Source: Cladosporium halotolerans (Eukaryota). From it: a DNA stretch of 64,000 nt. The notes beneath the pieces are model-generated. The model had not been told where the DNA came from. It saw only the letters and a list, made by a program, of their open reading frames with translations, and ran no database searches. Location of the stretch: positions 62,001 to 126,000 of the forward strand of contig NW_027191480.1 of the NCBI RefSeq assembly GCF_011745625.1, written 5' to 3'. Position numbers and translations under genes: made by a program. Every line of letters begins with the position of its first letter. Within the stretch, counting starts at the first letter, position 1. Of this stretch, positions 63,001-64,000 are shown one piece after another.

Positions 63001-64000
63001 GCTAGAGGCGAGGAGACGGGTGTCAAGAACCTCAGACGTGTCAACGCGGAGAAGGACGCTTCCATCCGCGAACTCACGCAGAACTACAAGAGCTTGGCGG
63101 AAGAACACCACTCGGCTCTGCTGCACGTTGAAGACCTCAAGCAAGAGCTCAACCGCTTGTCTTCCATGCGCCCTCCCGTCTCGCCCTCTGTCGCCAGACC
63201 CGTATCCCCAGGCCTGCCCAGCCCAAGCTATGGAAAATACAACCCTCGCCGCAAGTCCGAGGACCAACTTGGCTCTGACAGGGCTTCGAAGAGTTGTGCC
63301 TCGCTGAAGAGCATCGCTCTTGATAATCTCGAGAGCGATTCTGTCGCGAGGCACAACTTCGAGCTCAACCTCCACCTCGTCATGACCGAGCTCCACAGCA
63401 GGTCCGACAGGGTGCAGAGTCTGGAGGCGGAGCTCACCACGGTGAAGAAGGAGATGGAAGGCAAGCAGGCCATCATCTCAGGCTTGACCAGAGAGCGATC
63501 GAGTTTGAAGGCCAACAGCAGCAGCGTCGACTTCTCGGTCGTCGGCCAGATGCGCGACCAGCTGATGGAGAGCGAGCAGCAAATCCGCAACCTGCACGAG
63601 CAGCACGCGGTGAGAGAGAAGGAGTTCCAAGATCAGATCGATTCTCTGAAGGTTGGCCTCGAGCAGCACCGTGAGAACACAGTCGCTTCTGCCAAGAGAG
63701 CTTCGATGGCGGGCGATGAGCACATGCCAGGGTTCTTCCCTGAGACGCCGGCGCAGGAACTCTCGCAAGCCGAGGCCGGCGCGCCCCGTTCTATCAGCGA
63801 CGACGCACAGGTTGCCAATGTCGAACACTTGCAGTCAGAGCTGGCTGCATGGGAGACTAAGCACAACAGTGCTATGGAGAGCATGAAGGCTTCGGAAGCC
63901 AACCTGCTCAACACAATTTCAGAGCTGCAGGAGTCTCTCCGTCAAGCCGAACAGGGTACGGGCGGCCCGCGTGGACTTGGCATTTCCGGTGGCTCCATGT
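60056..64000 (+). CDS. Kinesin (N-terminal motor plus long coiled coil, kinesin-4-like), incomplete at window end
   Basis: VVRVRP, AYGQSGSGKSYT, YVEIYNE, NARSSRSH, VDLAGSE and HISYRDSRLTRLLQ. Intron at 60267-60328. Confidence 0.93.

Overview
This is a filamentous ascomycete (Pezizomycotina, probably Dothideomycete) genomic window with two compartments. The left part (1 to ~15.68 kb) is accessory. It holds ~8 kb of heavily RIP-mutated nested Ty3/Gypsy remnants (including an inverted pair of LTR-like repeats), an almost un-RIPped but disabled Tad1-type LINE, and decayed SPRY/TPR gene relics. It ends abruptly inside a 5'-truncated 5S rRNA gene at ~15680, which I read as the probable terminus of a large 5S-targeting mobile element (Starship-like; this is inference). 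The right part (~15.77-64 kb) is ordinary gene-dense sequence. It contains a TDT/SLAC1-family transporter next to a divergent P450nor (CYP55-like), a HAL-family kinase, tRNA-Gln, an intron-containing U3 snoRNA, tRNA-Ser, a small zinc-ribbon protein and a MYND/SET protein. Further right are an S/T/P-rich protein, HSP90, PHO13, a large apparently disrupted gene, ATP16, HEI10, a DENN protein, BCD1, PPG1 and the 5' part of a kinesin. All calls come from manual reading with no database searches, and splice sites and element boundaries are approximate.
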